From NCBI GenBank assembly GCA_951406725.2, contig OX597817.1, positions 98,704,001 through 98,768,000 on the forward strand: a DNA stretch of 64,000 nucleotides, written 5' to 3'. A program made the translations under genes and the position numbers. Shown here one piece after another: positions 36,418-50,228 of the stretch (within the stretch, counting starts at the first letter, position 1; each line of letters begins with the position of its first letter). Under the pieces are notes generated by a model. The model was given only the letters and a program-made list of their open reading frames with translations, searched no databases and was not told the origin of the DNA. The DNA comes from Octopus vulgaris. Lineage: Eukaryota.

Positions 36418-37251
36418 GGTGAGCAAAAGTGTACATACACCGTTGTATGCAAATATAAAAAATGGAATAAAAACGCAATAGAGGACAATAAAGCACCCAG
36501 ACAGATAGATGATACAAAAGTGAACAGGAAAAACAACTATTAGAGGGACAGGAAAAAAGGGATGGGTCATTCGTGGCCTTCTTTCGTTTGTCAAGTTACC
36601 AGATGTCCTTACAGTTCAGTTAGTTACACTTGAGACAGTTCAATCTGGTTGCTCCCCAAAAGTCTAAGCTAAGAGCGTTAGATTTTTTGTAAGAAAGCAA
36701 GGGAATATGAAAAACAACAAAGACAAAAAACAGAGAATGAAGACAAAAAAACAGAGAACATGTTACACAATTACAAATACAAACATCAAGAATATAACAA
36801 CAGGTGTCTTTCAACTGAGGACGAATCAAATTGAGCTGCTGTGTATAAAGTGAAATCCTTAAGACAGGAACATGGGAGATGGACATAAGAGGTGTTGGTG
36901 GTTAGCAGTCAGGCCAAGAAAGAAAGATCATAGCTGGCTGAGCACCAGTCACATGGAAGGAGGAGTGAGAGGTGGAGGGCAGCGGGATTGAAGGATTAGG
37001 GGAAGAATGGGAAGAGAGAAAAAATCAGAGACAAAGGGGAGATAAACAAGAAGGAAACGTAGGAGTTAAAGAAAGAGAGAGCCAAGAAATGTCAGAGGAG
37101 CGAGAAAAAGAAAAAAAAGTATGAGGGGGACTAAAAGACAGAGTAAAAGTATTGTACAAAATTTAGATACATACTTATAAGGTGAGCAAAAGTGTACGTA
37201 CGCCACTATATATAAATGTAAAAAGTGGAACAAAAACACAATACAGGACAA
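36418..37251. repeat. Unclassified element with terminal direct repeats of about 70 bp
   Basis: GGTGAGCAAAAGTGTAC.TAC.CC...AAAAA.TGGAA.AAAAAC.CAATA.AGGACAAT at 36418 and 37181. Confidence 0.6.
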
Positions 37252-38110
37252 TTGGGTCATCCCATAAATAATGCTGCTTTTTTCCTATTGCATGACAAAA
37301 GTTGGAGAGAGACGGGATAAACTACCTGCATCAACACCTTGTCCTTATTCTTAGTGCAACTTTTGAAGAGTGCAATTCAATTTTAAGTTATTCTTTCAAA
37401 GCTATAATGGAAGTGACAAAAGAGCATATTCAGCATATTTTGCTTTAGGAGTTCAATAAAGGCAACAACGCAACAAAGTGCAAGGAATATCAAAGCAGTA
37501 AATGGGGATCAGACAATAAATGTAAGCCAGTGTCAACAGTAGTTCCAGAAATTCTGAGCTGGAAACTACAGCCTAGAAGATGAGCTTCGTTCTGGAAGAG
37601 CTTGATGAGGACGTCCTGCAAACCCTGGTGGAACAAAATCCTATCGTAACTGTCGAGGAACTAGCAGAGAAGCTTGGATTTGGTCATTCAACCATTCATC
37701 ACTAGAAGAAAAACGTCTATCTTTGGTTTCAAGATGAAAGGTGTTCTTCCATCAGAATAATGCCTGGCCACATACAGCGAGGATGACATCCCAAAGGCTG
37801 GAGCAGTTTGAATGGGAAATGATACCCCACCCACTATATTTGCTGGACATTGTCCCATCTGATTATTATTTATTCTGCAGTCTTCAAAATCATTTGGTTG
37901 GAAAAAAATATGAATTTTGTAGATGAGGTTAGAACAGTACTGGAGGAGTATTTTTTGTTATGGCCAAGTGAATTTTGAAAGAGGGGCCTTGCAAGTCTCT
38001 CAGATAGATGGAATAGCATTGTAGAAAATGGAGAGTATATTTAAGATTAAAAAAGAACATTGTTAAACTTAATTTTGAAAAATAAGAGGTATAAGAAAAA
38101 ACTGCTTTAT
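37252..38110 (+). mobile_element. Internally deleted mariner element
   Basis: TIR TTGGGTCATCCCATAAATAATGC; FFHQNNAWPH, PHPLYLLDIVPSDYYLF. Confidence 0.85.
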
Positions 38111-38377
38111 AAATATGCACACGCACACACACACAGATGGACATAAAACCCATTCAATAAATGTTTTTAAGCCACTCCTTTGGCAGGAATGTACAAAGAT
38201 TTCTTTTAGACAATAGACAACTACACTATAAAACACATATTGTTGGATTTGTACCACCCCCTTGAGACCCAGCTACACTCTAGCTGAAAAATATAGAATA
38301 CCTTATAAGTAATATAAATGTCCTAAATTCAGATGTTACATGTTAAACTCCTAAAGTGTTAAACTTATTTTTATTAA

Positions 38378-38900
38378 TCATCATCATCATCGTTTAGCAT
38401 CCGCTTTCCATGCTGGCATGGGTTGGACGGTGCAACTGGGGTCTGGGAAGCCAGAAGGCTGCACCAGGCCCAGTCTGATCTGGCAATGTTTCTACGGCTG
38501 GATGCCCTTCCTAACGCCAACCACTCCATGAGTGTAGTGGGTGCTTTTTACGTGCCAGATGAGGCTGGCAAACAGCCACGATCGAATGGTGCTTTTTACA
38601 TGCCACCGGCACAGAGGCTAGGCGTGATTGGCAACGGCCAGGATCGGATGGTGCTTTTTACATGCCACCGGCACAGAGGCTAGGCGTGATTGGCAACGGC
38701 CAGGATCGGATGGTGCTTTTTACATGCCACCGGCACGGAAGCCAGTTGGGGCGGTGCTGGCAACGGCCACGTTCGGATAGTTCTCTTATGTGCCACCGGC
38801 ACTGCAGCTAAAATTTCCATTGATGTTGATTGATTTTGATTTTGATTTTCACTTGCCTCAACAGGTCTTCACAAGTAGAGTTTTGTGTCCCAAGAAAGAA
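38378..38900 (-). mobile_element. RTE LINE 3' UTR fragment with internal tandem units of about 60 bp
   Basis: (CAT)n tail; GGTGCTTTTTACATGCCACCGGCACAGAGGCTAGGCGTGATTGGCAACGGCCAGGATCGGAT repeated. Confidence 0.85.
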
Positions 38901-38989
38901 AGTCTCTTGCTGGATCTCTACAGTTAGCAACCATTGGGTAATGGCCATTCCAGCAGAGAACTTGTGAGTAACTGTGCTGTTCATGTCTA

Positions 38990-41900
38990 CCAGTGGTGAT
39001 AAAGTAGGTATATTTAGACACAACACTGCTTTTCCCAACAGGGGGATGGGTGAGAAAAGGCGCCCCAAACATTGCTTACTCGCCTTAAACTTGTCAAAAC
39101 ACGAAGAAATCTAAGAATATCAAGACAGTCACTCAGCACCAGAACAAAAAACAGCACTGGTTGCCCTTGAACTAAAGAAATACAAAATTGTGACATAGCT
39201 GCACTCAGTGAAACTGGTCTTGCAGGATCATCACAGTTAGAAAAAAATAAAGGTGGATATATATTTTTCTGGTGTGGAAGAAATGAAGACGAGCCATGCC
39301 ACTCTGGTGTTGGTTTTGCCATCAAAACAGAAATAGCTAGATCCCTTCTTTTTCTATCCAAAGGTATTTCTGATCCATATCATGACACTAATGTTGGAAC
39401 TTGATCACAACACTTGTTGCTATGCCCCAACCATATTCAGCACTGAGCAGCTAAAGGATGAATTTTACAAGCAACTCTGTGATGTCATCTCTAGTTGTCA
39501 CCATAGGGATAAATTTATCCTTATGGGTGACTTTGACACTCATGTTGGTACTATCAGGCATGGGAGGGTGTACTTGGTCGTCATAGTGCAGGTTGAATGA
39601 ACTCCAGTGGTCTCTCCATCTGCAGGGAATTCAGTCTAAGCATCACAAATACCTTTTTCAACAGTGAAATTGTTGTAAGATGACCTGGATGCATCCTATA
39701 TCTAAGGACTGGCATCTCATAGACTATGTTATCACTAAGAAACAAGACATTAGGGACTTTGACACTACACATTCTTTTCATAACACCTACTATCTCTCTG
39801 ACCATTCTCTTCTCCGTAGCAAGGTTCCATCTGAGACAACCAAGACTACAAAAGTCATCAGTGCCTAAGAGCATTAATGTTCTGCCTTTGAAAACTATTG
39901 TAACACAGACTGAGCTCTGTATCAAGTTAGACACTGCACTCATCACTGTTGATATCAATGATGATATAGAATCATCTTAGAAGGCTCTGCATGATGCAGC
40001 GCACTCTGTACCTGTAGAGGTTCTTGGACTTCCTGTTTGTAAACATCAAGATTGGTTCAATGATAACAACACAGATGTCCAAATGTTGATAGATAAAATG
40101 CACAGCTGTTGCAAAACTTGGATAACCAATAAGAGCTCATCCAGAAAAGAGAGTGCCTACAAGAAATGCAGAGGCCGGGTCCAACATGCTCTGAGAGAGA
40201 CGAAGGAGGCTTGGTGGTCTTTCAAGGCCAAGAACTCCATGAAGTTGCAGGCAGAAAGGATATGGCCTCAAGAATGATCCTGAAGAGCATGGTGTTACTC
40301 CTACTATTTCATTGACTAGAGAGACACTCCTGACTGACAAATCTGACATCTTGAAATGATAGAAAGATCACTTTGAAGCCATGTTGAACTCCATCTCAGT
40401 CACTAAGGATGACATCATAATGTCTGTTCCACAGCACACTGTAATACCAGAACTATCTCTGGAGCCAACCTTTCTGCAAGTGGTAATAATAGATTTCTTC
40501 TGGTAAAGCACCTAGCAGGGATGCTATCCCTCTGAAATTTACAAACATGGTGGACAGAAGCTTTTTAAGAAACTGCATGACCTCTTCATAAACATCTGGA
40601 AGGTAGGCCATGTACCACAGGACTTCAAGGATGCCTCAATCCAACATCTGTATAAGATCAAAGGCAACAGAAGTATCTGTGATAATTATTGTGGAATATC
40701 ACTTCTGTCTTATTGCTGGTAAGATTCTTGCTCAACTCATTCTTGACAGGATCATCAAGCATGTTGTAAATGATATCTACCCAGAATCACAGTGTGGATT
40801 TCACTCTGGTCATGGCACTATCAACATGATCTTTTCCTTCTAACAGGTCATGGAGAAGGTACGTGAGAAAAATCTGTTAACTGGCAAGCACTATGGAAAG
40901 TTCTGAAAAAGCTTGGTATACCTAACAAGATGTTGAATGTTATCAGCTCCTTTCATGAGGGAATGAAGGCTGCTATCATGCCCGGTGGGGAATTTTCAGC
41001 TTCCTTTGACGTAACAAATGGCCCAAAGCAAGGTTGTTTGCACTCTTCAGTGATGCTGAGGTATGCTTTTGGCAACATATAAATTTCAGTTTCGAACAAG
41101 TGGTGGAATATTCAATCATCAGCATTTTGAAGCCAAAACACTGCTACACACTACTATTGTTAGTGATCTACTTTTTGCAGATGATGCTGTACTAGTAGCA
41201 ACCTCTTCAGAAGAAGCTCAGAAACTTCTAGACCAGTTTTCTGCTGCATGTTAAGTCTTTGGTTTGACCATCAGCATAAAGAAGACAGAAGTAATCTTCC
41301 AACCTTGCCCTACTCCTAAACAAAGCAGAGGCTACCAGTACACAATTTTCCTGACACTCCTATACAGGTTGATGGGAAAAGCCTAAATTACGTGAAGTCA
41401 TTTACATATCTTGATAGTAAAGTGAATTTGAGTGCTTCCCTTGATGATAAAATTATCAACTGTCTTGCAGAGGCAACCAATGCATTTGGCAAACTGTCAT
41501 CACTTATGGAATGAAAAGGGCATCAAACTTGACACCAAAGTCTATAAAACAGTCATTCTTACTACTCTCTTGTATGGCTCAGAATCATGGATACCCTATA
41601 GACAACACATTAACCAACTAGACATCTTCCACAAAGACTGTCTAAGGACAATCTGCAGTTATTCACTAAAAGACGAAGTTTCTAATGCTGATTTGTTTGG
41701 CAAGTGTAAGATTAGTGGAATTGAGAGCTTCCTTATACAATCAAAATTGTGCTGGGCTGGTCATATCATCAGAATGAATGATGAAAGAAGACTTGAGAGT
41801 GGACACAGGAATGTTGGTAGAACAAGGCTCAGATATAAAGACAAGCTGAAGGGTTAATTGTTAGTGATGAACATAGCTTACTACACCTCTGGGCGAACAG

Positions 41901-42110
41901 CTCTGGTACAAACAAAATAGAGATTGTGGTGTCAAAATGGTGTTAAAAATTTTGTTGCAACCAGCATTAACAGGCTTTGGGGTGCAAGGCAAAGAAGAAG
42001 AATGGCTGCAAATATACAACCAACACTGGCCTGAAATAACTCAAAGTAGCAACATTTCTGGCCTTCTTTGCAAATCGTTGGCGGGACTTAAATATCAAAT
42101 TTGACATGAG
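38990..42110 (+). mobile_element. Old, nearly full-length BovB-like RTE LINE (second RTE family)
   Basis: DIAALSET, GYIFFWCG, HSGVGFAI, MGDFDTHVG, TWMHPISKDWHLIDYVI, PESQCGF, LLFADD, LLYGSESW, WAGHIIRM, RYKDKLK; many stops and frameshifts. Confidence 0.88.
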
Positions 42111-42179
42111 CATTATATATGTGTGTGTGTATGTATATATACATATCAATAAATATATATGAATGTATGTATGTATATA

Positions 42180-42225
<46 letters not shown>

Positions 42226-42924
42226 CGTATATGTGTGTGTGTGTATGCATGTATGTATGTAGTGGTTGAATATATTCTTAAGTCCACTATTTTGTCAGTT
42301 GCAGCAGTTTTCAACTAAATTGGCAACTGTTAATAGTTTTAAAGAGGCCACCTCCACAGCTACACTTTGGCATAAATACTTTGAGATTTGGTTCAGTAGA
42401 AAAAAACTTAAATCAAAATATGTCAGACCTAAAGTGGGCAGTAAGAGAGATATTCATTTACAACTAACATAAATTTTAAAATTTTAAATTAAAAGTATAC
42501 TTTTCTTTGGCTTAAATGATAGAAAAATGCATGAGGAATTCAGAATTGTTAGTTGCATTGAACAAAAATTAGTAGAAAAACAGTTATGAGGTAAAATGTT
42601 ATGCAATTTTATGTCAGTAAGTAAGGAAGTAAGAAGTAATGCTTAAGCAATAAGAATAAAGAATATATTTCTAAAATGAATGTTTACATTCTAAGGTAGC
42701 GAGCTGGTAGAAACGTTAGCGTGCCAAGCGAAATGCTTAGTGGTATTTCATTTGTATTTATGTTTTGAATTCAAGTTCCGCCAAGGTCGTCTTTGCCTTT
42801 TGGATCTATTTCAGATCTATTCAATTAGACATGCAGATTATTTCATTAATTTTTTTTAACTAAACACTTTCAAACTTCTCATACTGGTAGAATATGTCAC
42901 ATAGAACAGGGTTTACTCTCTCTT

Positions 42925-43332
42925 TTACTCTTTTACTTGTTTCAGCCATTTGACTGCGGCCATGCTGGAGCACCGCCTTTAGTCAAGCAAATCAACCCCG
43001 GGACTTATTCTTTGTAAGCCTAGTACTTATTCTATCAGTCTCTGTTGCCAAACCGCTAAGTGACGGGGACGTAAACACACCAGCATCAGTTGTCAAGCAA
43101 TGCTAGGGGGACAAACACAGACACACAAACATATACACACATACATATATATATATATGTACATATATACGACAGGCTTCTTTCAGTTTCCGTCTACCAA
43201 ATCCACTCACAAGGCATTGGTCGGCCCGAGGCTATAGCAGAAGACACTTGCCCAAGATGCCACGCAGTGGGACTGAACCCGGAACCATGTGGTTGGTAAG
43301 CAAGCTACTTACCACACAGCCACTCCTGCGCC
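42925..43332 (-). mobile_element. Full-length tRNA-derived SINE
   Basis: Minus-strand head GGCGCAGGAGTGGCTGTGTGGTAAG...GGTTCAGTCCC, internal (TG/TA) tract, LINE-like tail ending in AAAAGAGT repeats. Confidence 0.9.
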
Positions 43333-43796
43333 ATAACATTTTTGAAAAAATTTTGTATTTTAAAAGGTATTTCGTCAGAAGTTACAGATTGACAATGGAC
43401 AAAATCATGTTTGATAAGTGCCAATACACAAAACTCTCAGCTTTTGACTTACTCTCTAACTTTTTTTTCATTGAATGAATTCCTGTGACCACCTAATATT
43501 GCAAACTTAAGTTACTTAAGGTGAGCCTGGTAACTGATGGTTTTGGGGTCTTGTTTTTTGTAACATTTGGTGAGCCATGGTACAACCAACAACATGGTAA
43601 AAATCCCTGGAGTAGATGGGTAATATCAAATAACTCAATCACAACATCTAAATTAGACATGAAGAAAATTGAAATATAATCATCACTAATATGGAAAAAT
43701 TGGAATATTGTCTTTTAGTATTTTATAAGGTAAAATCTTAAATAATTAACTGACACATTAATTATCTTATAACAGCTATGCCTGGAAAAATCATGG

Positions 43797-44293
43797 ATTA
43801 CATGGAAAAATGCGAGCATGAAAAGTAATATTCTTAAGATCATAAACCTGTAAAAGTACAGGACAAGTTATTACACCTGTAAAAGTATAGGACAAGCTAT
43901 TACCTCTAGTAATATTCTGTTATATTCAAGTAATAAGAAACTTTTTACTTAAAATATTGCAGCTAAAATTTGAATTTGAATATTAAACTTATTTTATTAT
44001 AGTTTACAAATAACACTATACTTATACAGAAAAAAAGTGACTAATTAGACAAACTTACAAATTAGCTGAACAGTTTTGTACAATAAATTTAAAAGATGAC
44101 AACTGTAAAGAGTGATAAATTAGAAGAACTGGCATTCTTTGCTGCGATATTTTAAGTAAAAAGTTCTTATTTTTTACTTTACTAGAAGTAATACCTTGTC
44201 CTATACTTTTACAGGTGTAAGAACTTGTCCTGTACATTTACAGGTTTATAATCTTAAGAATATTACTTTTTATGCTCGCATTTTTCCATGTAA
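43797..44293. repeat. MITE-like element with terminal inverted repeats of about 115 bp
   Basis: ATTACATGGAAAAATGCGAGCAT...CTAGTAA (43797-43911) inverted at 44179-44293. Confidence 0.75.
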
Positions 44294-44325
44294 TATAAAT
44301 ATATGCATATATATATATATACATA

Positions 44326-44367
<42 letters not shown>

Positions 44368-44494
44368 TATACATATATATATGCATATGTATACACATGT
44401 ATGTGTGTATATACACATATATATGTATATATATACATGTATATTATATATATATATATACATACATACATGTAGATATATATACATATATGTG

Positions 44495-44562
<68 letters not shown>

Positions 44563-44649
44563 CATACATGTATACATACACACACATATATATATACACA
44601 TATATGTGTGTATATATATATATATGCACACACACACACACACACACAT
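44294..44649. repeat. Compound (TA)n/(CA)n microsatellite
   Basis: Directly visible. Confidence 0.95.
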
Positions 44650-44844
44650 CGGTAGCACCACAGTGGTAGCATCTACATTTTACTGCCAACAAAGTCTATG
44701 GTTGTTGAACTCAATATGTCAATGTATACAGGTGTATCATCCATATTATAAATCTGGTCAGCTTACTTATCTGCTGTTAATACTGGAATGCTATCAAGAT
44801 AGTCACTAGCAATTTGTGCCTTTTCTCCATGTGTTTTATTGTCC

Positions 44845-45660
44845 ACGAATGGTTGGTGCATTTTACGTGCCACCAGCACTGATGCTAGTCAATGTGACGA
44901 TGGCATCGGCCACATTCAGATGGTGTTTTTTACATGCCGCTGGCACGGGTACCACAACTACAATTTCCATTTGATTTATATTTTGATGTTGATGTACTTG
45001 ACTCAATAGATCTCCTCAAGCACAGCAGGCCGTGAACTCACTTCATTTGTTGGGCCTTTGCAGTCACAGCATATCTCCAGAGGTCTCAGTCTTTCGTCAT
45101 TGCCTCCTTTCATGATGTCCACCGTTCTAAGTTCATGCTTGACCACCTCATCCTGTCTTCATGGGTCTACCTCTACCACTAGAATAAGAATAGCTTGGGC
45201 AAAGTTTAGAAAGCTTCTTCCCCTACTGGCAACAAAGGGTCTCTTGGTCAGAGTGAAAGGTAGATTGTACAACGCATGTGTGCAAATTGCCATGCTTCAA
45301 ACAGTGGAAGGAATCCACAGTAGAGGGAGACCCAGGAAGAGATGGGATGAGGTGCTGAAGCATGACCTTCGAATGTTGGGTCTCAGAGGCAATGATAAAA
45401 GACCGAGACCTCTGGAGGTTTGCTGTAACCGAGAAGACCTGGCAAATAAAGTGAGTCCACAGTTGTAACCTACACCAGTGTTGCATAACCAGCCCACACA
45501 AAAGTACCTTGGATTGTAGGGTGTCATGCCATGCTCGAGGAGACCTATTGAGTCAAGTACATCAACATCAATATCAAAGTGAAATCAAATGGAAATTGCA
45601 GTTGCGACCCCCGTGCTGGTAGCATGTAAAAAGCACCATCCGAACGTGGTCAATGCTTTG
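44845..45660. mobile_element. Two back-to-back RTE 3' fragments (inverted pair)
   Basis: RIRIAWAKFRKLLPLL...GRPRKRWDEV on the + strand; 44915-45025 is inverted relative to 45535-45650. Confidence 0.75.
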
Positions 45661-45779
45661 GGCCATTTGTTACGTCAAAGGAAGCTGAAAATTCCCCACC
45701 GGGCATGATAGCAGCCTATAGGTATTACATATGTATATACATATTTTATGAAAATAATCTAAAGGTTCACAAAAACTAA

Positions 45780-47310
45780 TAGTCATTTTGTCTGGATGTA
45801 AGTCAATTAGATAATTTTGGCTGTTGGGGTTATATAGATTTATGGTGTATAGTTTAATTAAGCTATTAATATATAGTGTGGTCATGGTTATATTTTAAAA
45901 TATTGATTTTAGGGTGATATTAAATAATATCACTAAATCATTTTAATTTAATAAAGAGGTACCTTGTGTCTACATGAAAAAACTTTTTCATCCCTCATAT
46001 TAACTAGGTTCTCTTTTCTTTTCATTATTTTAGTTTTCCCCCAGGCATAATCTACAGAATTTATTGTTAATTTTGTAAGAAGGTTCATGTGCTAAAATGT
46101 TCTATTTGATTATGAATTTAACTTTTTTTTTTTTTGATGTGCCATATTTATTTTAAAAGTCCTGTACTATTTCTTTTGTTTAAGTCCTTGAATGTTGATT
46201 CATGGTTCATGATTCTTAATTTAACCTGTCGATCCAATATAATAGTACTTAGTCATATCCTGCGTTATTATTGTTGCTTACATTTTTTCTTCTGCAATCC
46301 CTATGTATTTGGGTCTCTACAATTACAGTTTTTATTTTGTGTAAATAATGAAATATTCTTCTTCTTTGTTGATTTATATAAGTTATTGTTAGTAGGGGTG
46401 TTTATATTGTTATTTGTACTATTAAGTTCTACTTCTCTAAGGTTGTAATAATCGTTATTTATCCAAGTATTATCTTAAAATTTATTGACATTTGTGTTAT
46501 TATAATAATTTGTTGTTTGTTCCTTCTTGAGCCACGCGTGGCTCATAAGAGCCGGTTTCCTTGGCGTATAGACCTAGATGGGACGCCGGTCTGTCGCAGG
46601 TGAGCTGCAAGATGCAGGAGGAAAGAGTAAGAGAAAGCTGTGGCCAAAGAGTCAGCAGAAGTTCGCCATTACCTTCTGCCGGAGCCGCGTGGAGCTTAGG
46701 TGTTTCACGCATAAACATACACATTCCCCGGTCTGAGATTCGAACCCGCAATCCCTCGACCACGAGTCTGCTGCTCTAACCACTAGGCCATGTGCCTCCA
46801 CTTATTATAATAATAATTGTTACAATTCTTGTTCTTATTTTTAATTTTATTTTTGGTATAACATTCTCCATGATTTAGTTTAATTTCTTTATTATAATCA
46901 TCCTGTTTCACACGTATGTTATATTTATAATTGTTATTGAGAATTTTCATTTCTACTTTGTGAGGATATACTATATTATTATGAGTGTCTAAGTTTTATT
47001 ATTATTACTTTTCTATTTATTTTCAATTTGATTTTCTGTGGTGTTGCAATTCCTATTGTACTTAATTTCATAATTATATCCTGCCTTCTTAAGTGCTATA
47101 TTGTAATCATCTTTATGTTTATTAAATACTTATTCATTTGAAGATAGGTAATTAATTTTTCTCTCTATATTTGTACTAAGGTTTTCTATAATATTATGTG
47201 AATGGTTACTATTTGCATTTATACATCTAATGTTAGTGTTAGGTTTTTGATAAGGCTGGTAAATACCTGTTTTAAGGTTAAAGTTAACATCAAGAAAATA
47301 CATACCTCCT
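45780..47310 (-). mobile_element. Degraded Penelope-like element (RT thumb to GIY-YIG)
   Basis: Minus-strand reading FNLKTGIYQPYQKPNTNIRCINANSNHSHNIIENL...INYLSSNE*VFNKHKDDYNIALKKAG (about 47080-47285) and YKINNKFCRLCLGE (about 46035-46080). Confidence 0.75.
46510..46801 (-). mobile_element. tRNA-derived SINE with a 13-bp TSD
   Basis: Head TGGCCTAGTGGTTAG...GGTTCGAATCT; TTATTATAATAAT on both sides (46497-46509, 46802-46814); (ACA)-type tail. Confidence 0.85.
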
Positions 47311-47706
47311 TATTTGGTATTTCTCAATGTACATACAAATACAGCTTGACCAGTAATAAAATTCATTTAAGGAGTTTTAAATAGGGAAACACTGGATTTC
47401 ATAGAATGTCAGTTTTTCAATATTATATCTATTAGCACCCACTTAATATATATATTTTTTCAGTCCTGATTCAAATCGACATGACTGTAAGAACGAATAT
47501 ACTAATCCCAAAAACCTATGTACTTCTAACGTGTTTTTTTAGTTTTTATATCAGCTACTGATGAGTACAAATATGACTATCACGACTTTCTATTTATGAA
47601 TATCTGGGTCATTTTCTAGGAAACAAATTGCATAGCAACATGAAAAAAAAAAGTATAATCCATTTTAACACCTAATCTCCTCCATTACATAAATATGAAT
47701 ATGCTT

Positions 47707-47740
<34 letters not shown>

Positions 47741-48314
47741 TTACTTTCATTATACAAATCCTTTACAATTTTAACTTTGGTGTATTTTGCACAACTGTTG
47801 TCTTGAGTTTGTATTTTTAAGGTAAAAGTAAGAGATTCTTCATATCTTCCATAATTGGTATTTTGATTGTTTTAAGTAAAGATTGGTTAACAGAAATTAT
47901 ATAAATTTTGTAAATTTTCAGTGTCAGACAAACTTTAGGATTTGTTTTCATATATTTGTTTTAGATATAGGCCTGACCCAATAAACTCATACATTAATTA
48001 AAATATGTTTTATAAATATGAATTAGTATAATTTGTTTTTTACAATTAGTGGGGTTTTGGTAAGAAGTACACAATGTTGATTTTTGGTGTTTTCAACAAT
48101 TTTGTCAAATTTATATTTTAGAAACTCTATTATGTATTTTTTTTATAAAAAGGCTTTTATATATGTCAGACTTTCAGTATAGCTGTCTTACATAAATTGG
48201 AATTTCTTGGAATTTTTGCAGCATTTTCCCACATTTCAAAATACTCACAAGTGAACTTCTTAGTCCTCCACCCATACCTCTTGAGCACAAACCACTAGTT
48301 ATTTTTAAAATTTT

Positions 48315-48672
48315 ATTTGTTTCAGTCATTTGACTGTAGCCATGCTGGAGTCCCACCTTCAGTCGAACAAATTGACCCTGGGACTTATTCTAGTACTTAT
48401 TCTGTCAGTCTCTTTTGCAGAACCGCTAAGTTATGGAGATGTAAACACACCAACATTGGTTGTCAAACAATGGTAGGGAGATAAACACAGACACACAACC
48501 ATATATATATATGCAATGGGCTTCTTTCAGTTTCCATCTACCAAATCCACTCACAAGGTTTTGATTGGCTTGAGGCTACAACAGAAGACACTTGCCCAAG
48601 GTGTTATGCAGTGGGACTGAACCTGGGACCATGTGGTTGGTAAGCAAGCTACTTATCACACAGCCACTCCGT
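48315..48672 (-). mobile_element. SINE, same family as 42925-43332
   Basis: Shared head, body and tail motifs. Confidence 0.85.
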
Positions 48673-49284
48673 GTTGAAACCTAGTGTTTGCACATGTTGC
48701 GAATAACCTAAGTGGTAGACTTAAATAGTTACACACTGTTATCAGAGCAGTAAATAGAATTAAGGTACATACTCCTATCTTTTTTTTTTATTTTTCATCA
48801 TGTAGTAATCCATGTTTTGAAACACTTGTAGTTTGTATTTTTCCAGAAAAAAAAGGTAGAAGTATAAAATTTTTTCTTTAAAAATGCATATTACATGTGT
48901 TTCAAAATATGGAATGCCATAACATTGAAGATATATTGTGCAACATATGCAAAAGCAAATTTAGCACACAATTAAAGGAGTCCCATTTGCCAAGCAGTAA
49001 AAATTTGTTTCTAGCTTGTTTGCTTCATCAAAGATTACTCTTTGGTTCAAGAGCTATTATTTTTAAGACAACTAGAAATAGATACAAAAAAAGTATTTCA
49101 ATTTCAAGTAGTAGTTGGAATACCATTGCAGGTTGGTTGTCATCACTGCTTTACATCAGTTTATTGAAAATGTTATACCTAGTGTATTTGCATATGTTGC
49201 AAATAACCTAAGTGGTAGACATAAATAGTTGTGCACTGTTATCACAGTAGTAAATAAAATTAAGGTACATGCTCCTAATTCCTC

Positions 49285-50228
49285 AGTGTTTCAACAGCTC
49301 TGCATTGAAAATGATAAATATTTTTTGAACTATTGTTGTTGCAAATGGAAGTTTGATGGATGGTAATGAGAACTGCCTGAAAGTTTCTATTATCTTTTTA
49401 AAACAGTTGTTGAATTCTTGTAAGACTCTAATTCTGTTCTGTTGTGATGTACTAAGAAACATCAAGTAGGACTCACAAAACTCAATGGAATTAATTTGCA
49501 ACAGCAAAGATATGAGTTACTCATTATCAAGGTAAAATCAGCCCCTTCCATGCTTCTGTCAGAGTTAAAGTTATTCAAATGTGACATAAGCCATTGTGAG
49601 TTCTTCCAGTTTCAGAGCCTCTCTGAATTGGAATAGGAAAAGTGCATACCAGATGACATTTAAGTGTATTATTCACACCTGGATGAGTTGCACAGACTTC
49701 AGGATTATTGCTTAAAATACCAGTCTAAGTGATTCCTAGATATTAGTAATGAGGAAACAAGAATAGTGAAAGAAGAACTGGTTTCACTTTAAAATGATAT
49801 GGAGCTGAAGTCAAAGTTAAAAAGAATCATGTCAGAATTTTCTATTGCTGCCCAACATCATAGTCTGCAGAGTGGGGGTTTCAGTACATTTGCCCAGCTC
49901 CTTTCAAAGACTAAAAATTATTGAACATGGAGATCTTAGTGTCTTTCATACCATACTGATGTTAGGAAGCTGATATTCCTGCACAAAAGAACATCTATCA
50001 CAGTAGGAATATGGAAACAATGTAGTTACAGGTGAGATGTAAACTTCCTCTTTCATATCGTAAAGGCAACAAAATAACAGGTTAACTAGGTTAAGTTTTA
50101 TTTATAGAGATTTATGTTTATGGTGATGTGGTGTGGTGTGTATGTGTGTGTGGGGGGCTGCATGTGAAAAATGTAGCCTGGGAGCTGGGGGGAGGGGGTA
50201 GTAGTCTGAAAAAGTTAGAGAACCACTG
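49285..50228 (+). mobile_element. Degraded hAT (Buster/Charlie-like) transposon 3' part
   Basis: Remnant resembling the hAT dimerisation region (GFSTFAQLLSK, GDL); right end AAAAGTTAGAGAACCACTG. Confidence 0.55.

Noticed and set aside
36020-36594. Overlapping Y/I/H/C/V-rich ORFs here and at 15859-16072, 28431-29662 and 44238-44809
   Set aside because: They are translations of (TA)n, (CA)n and (TG)n microsatellites.
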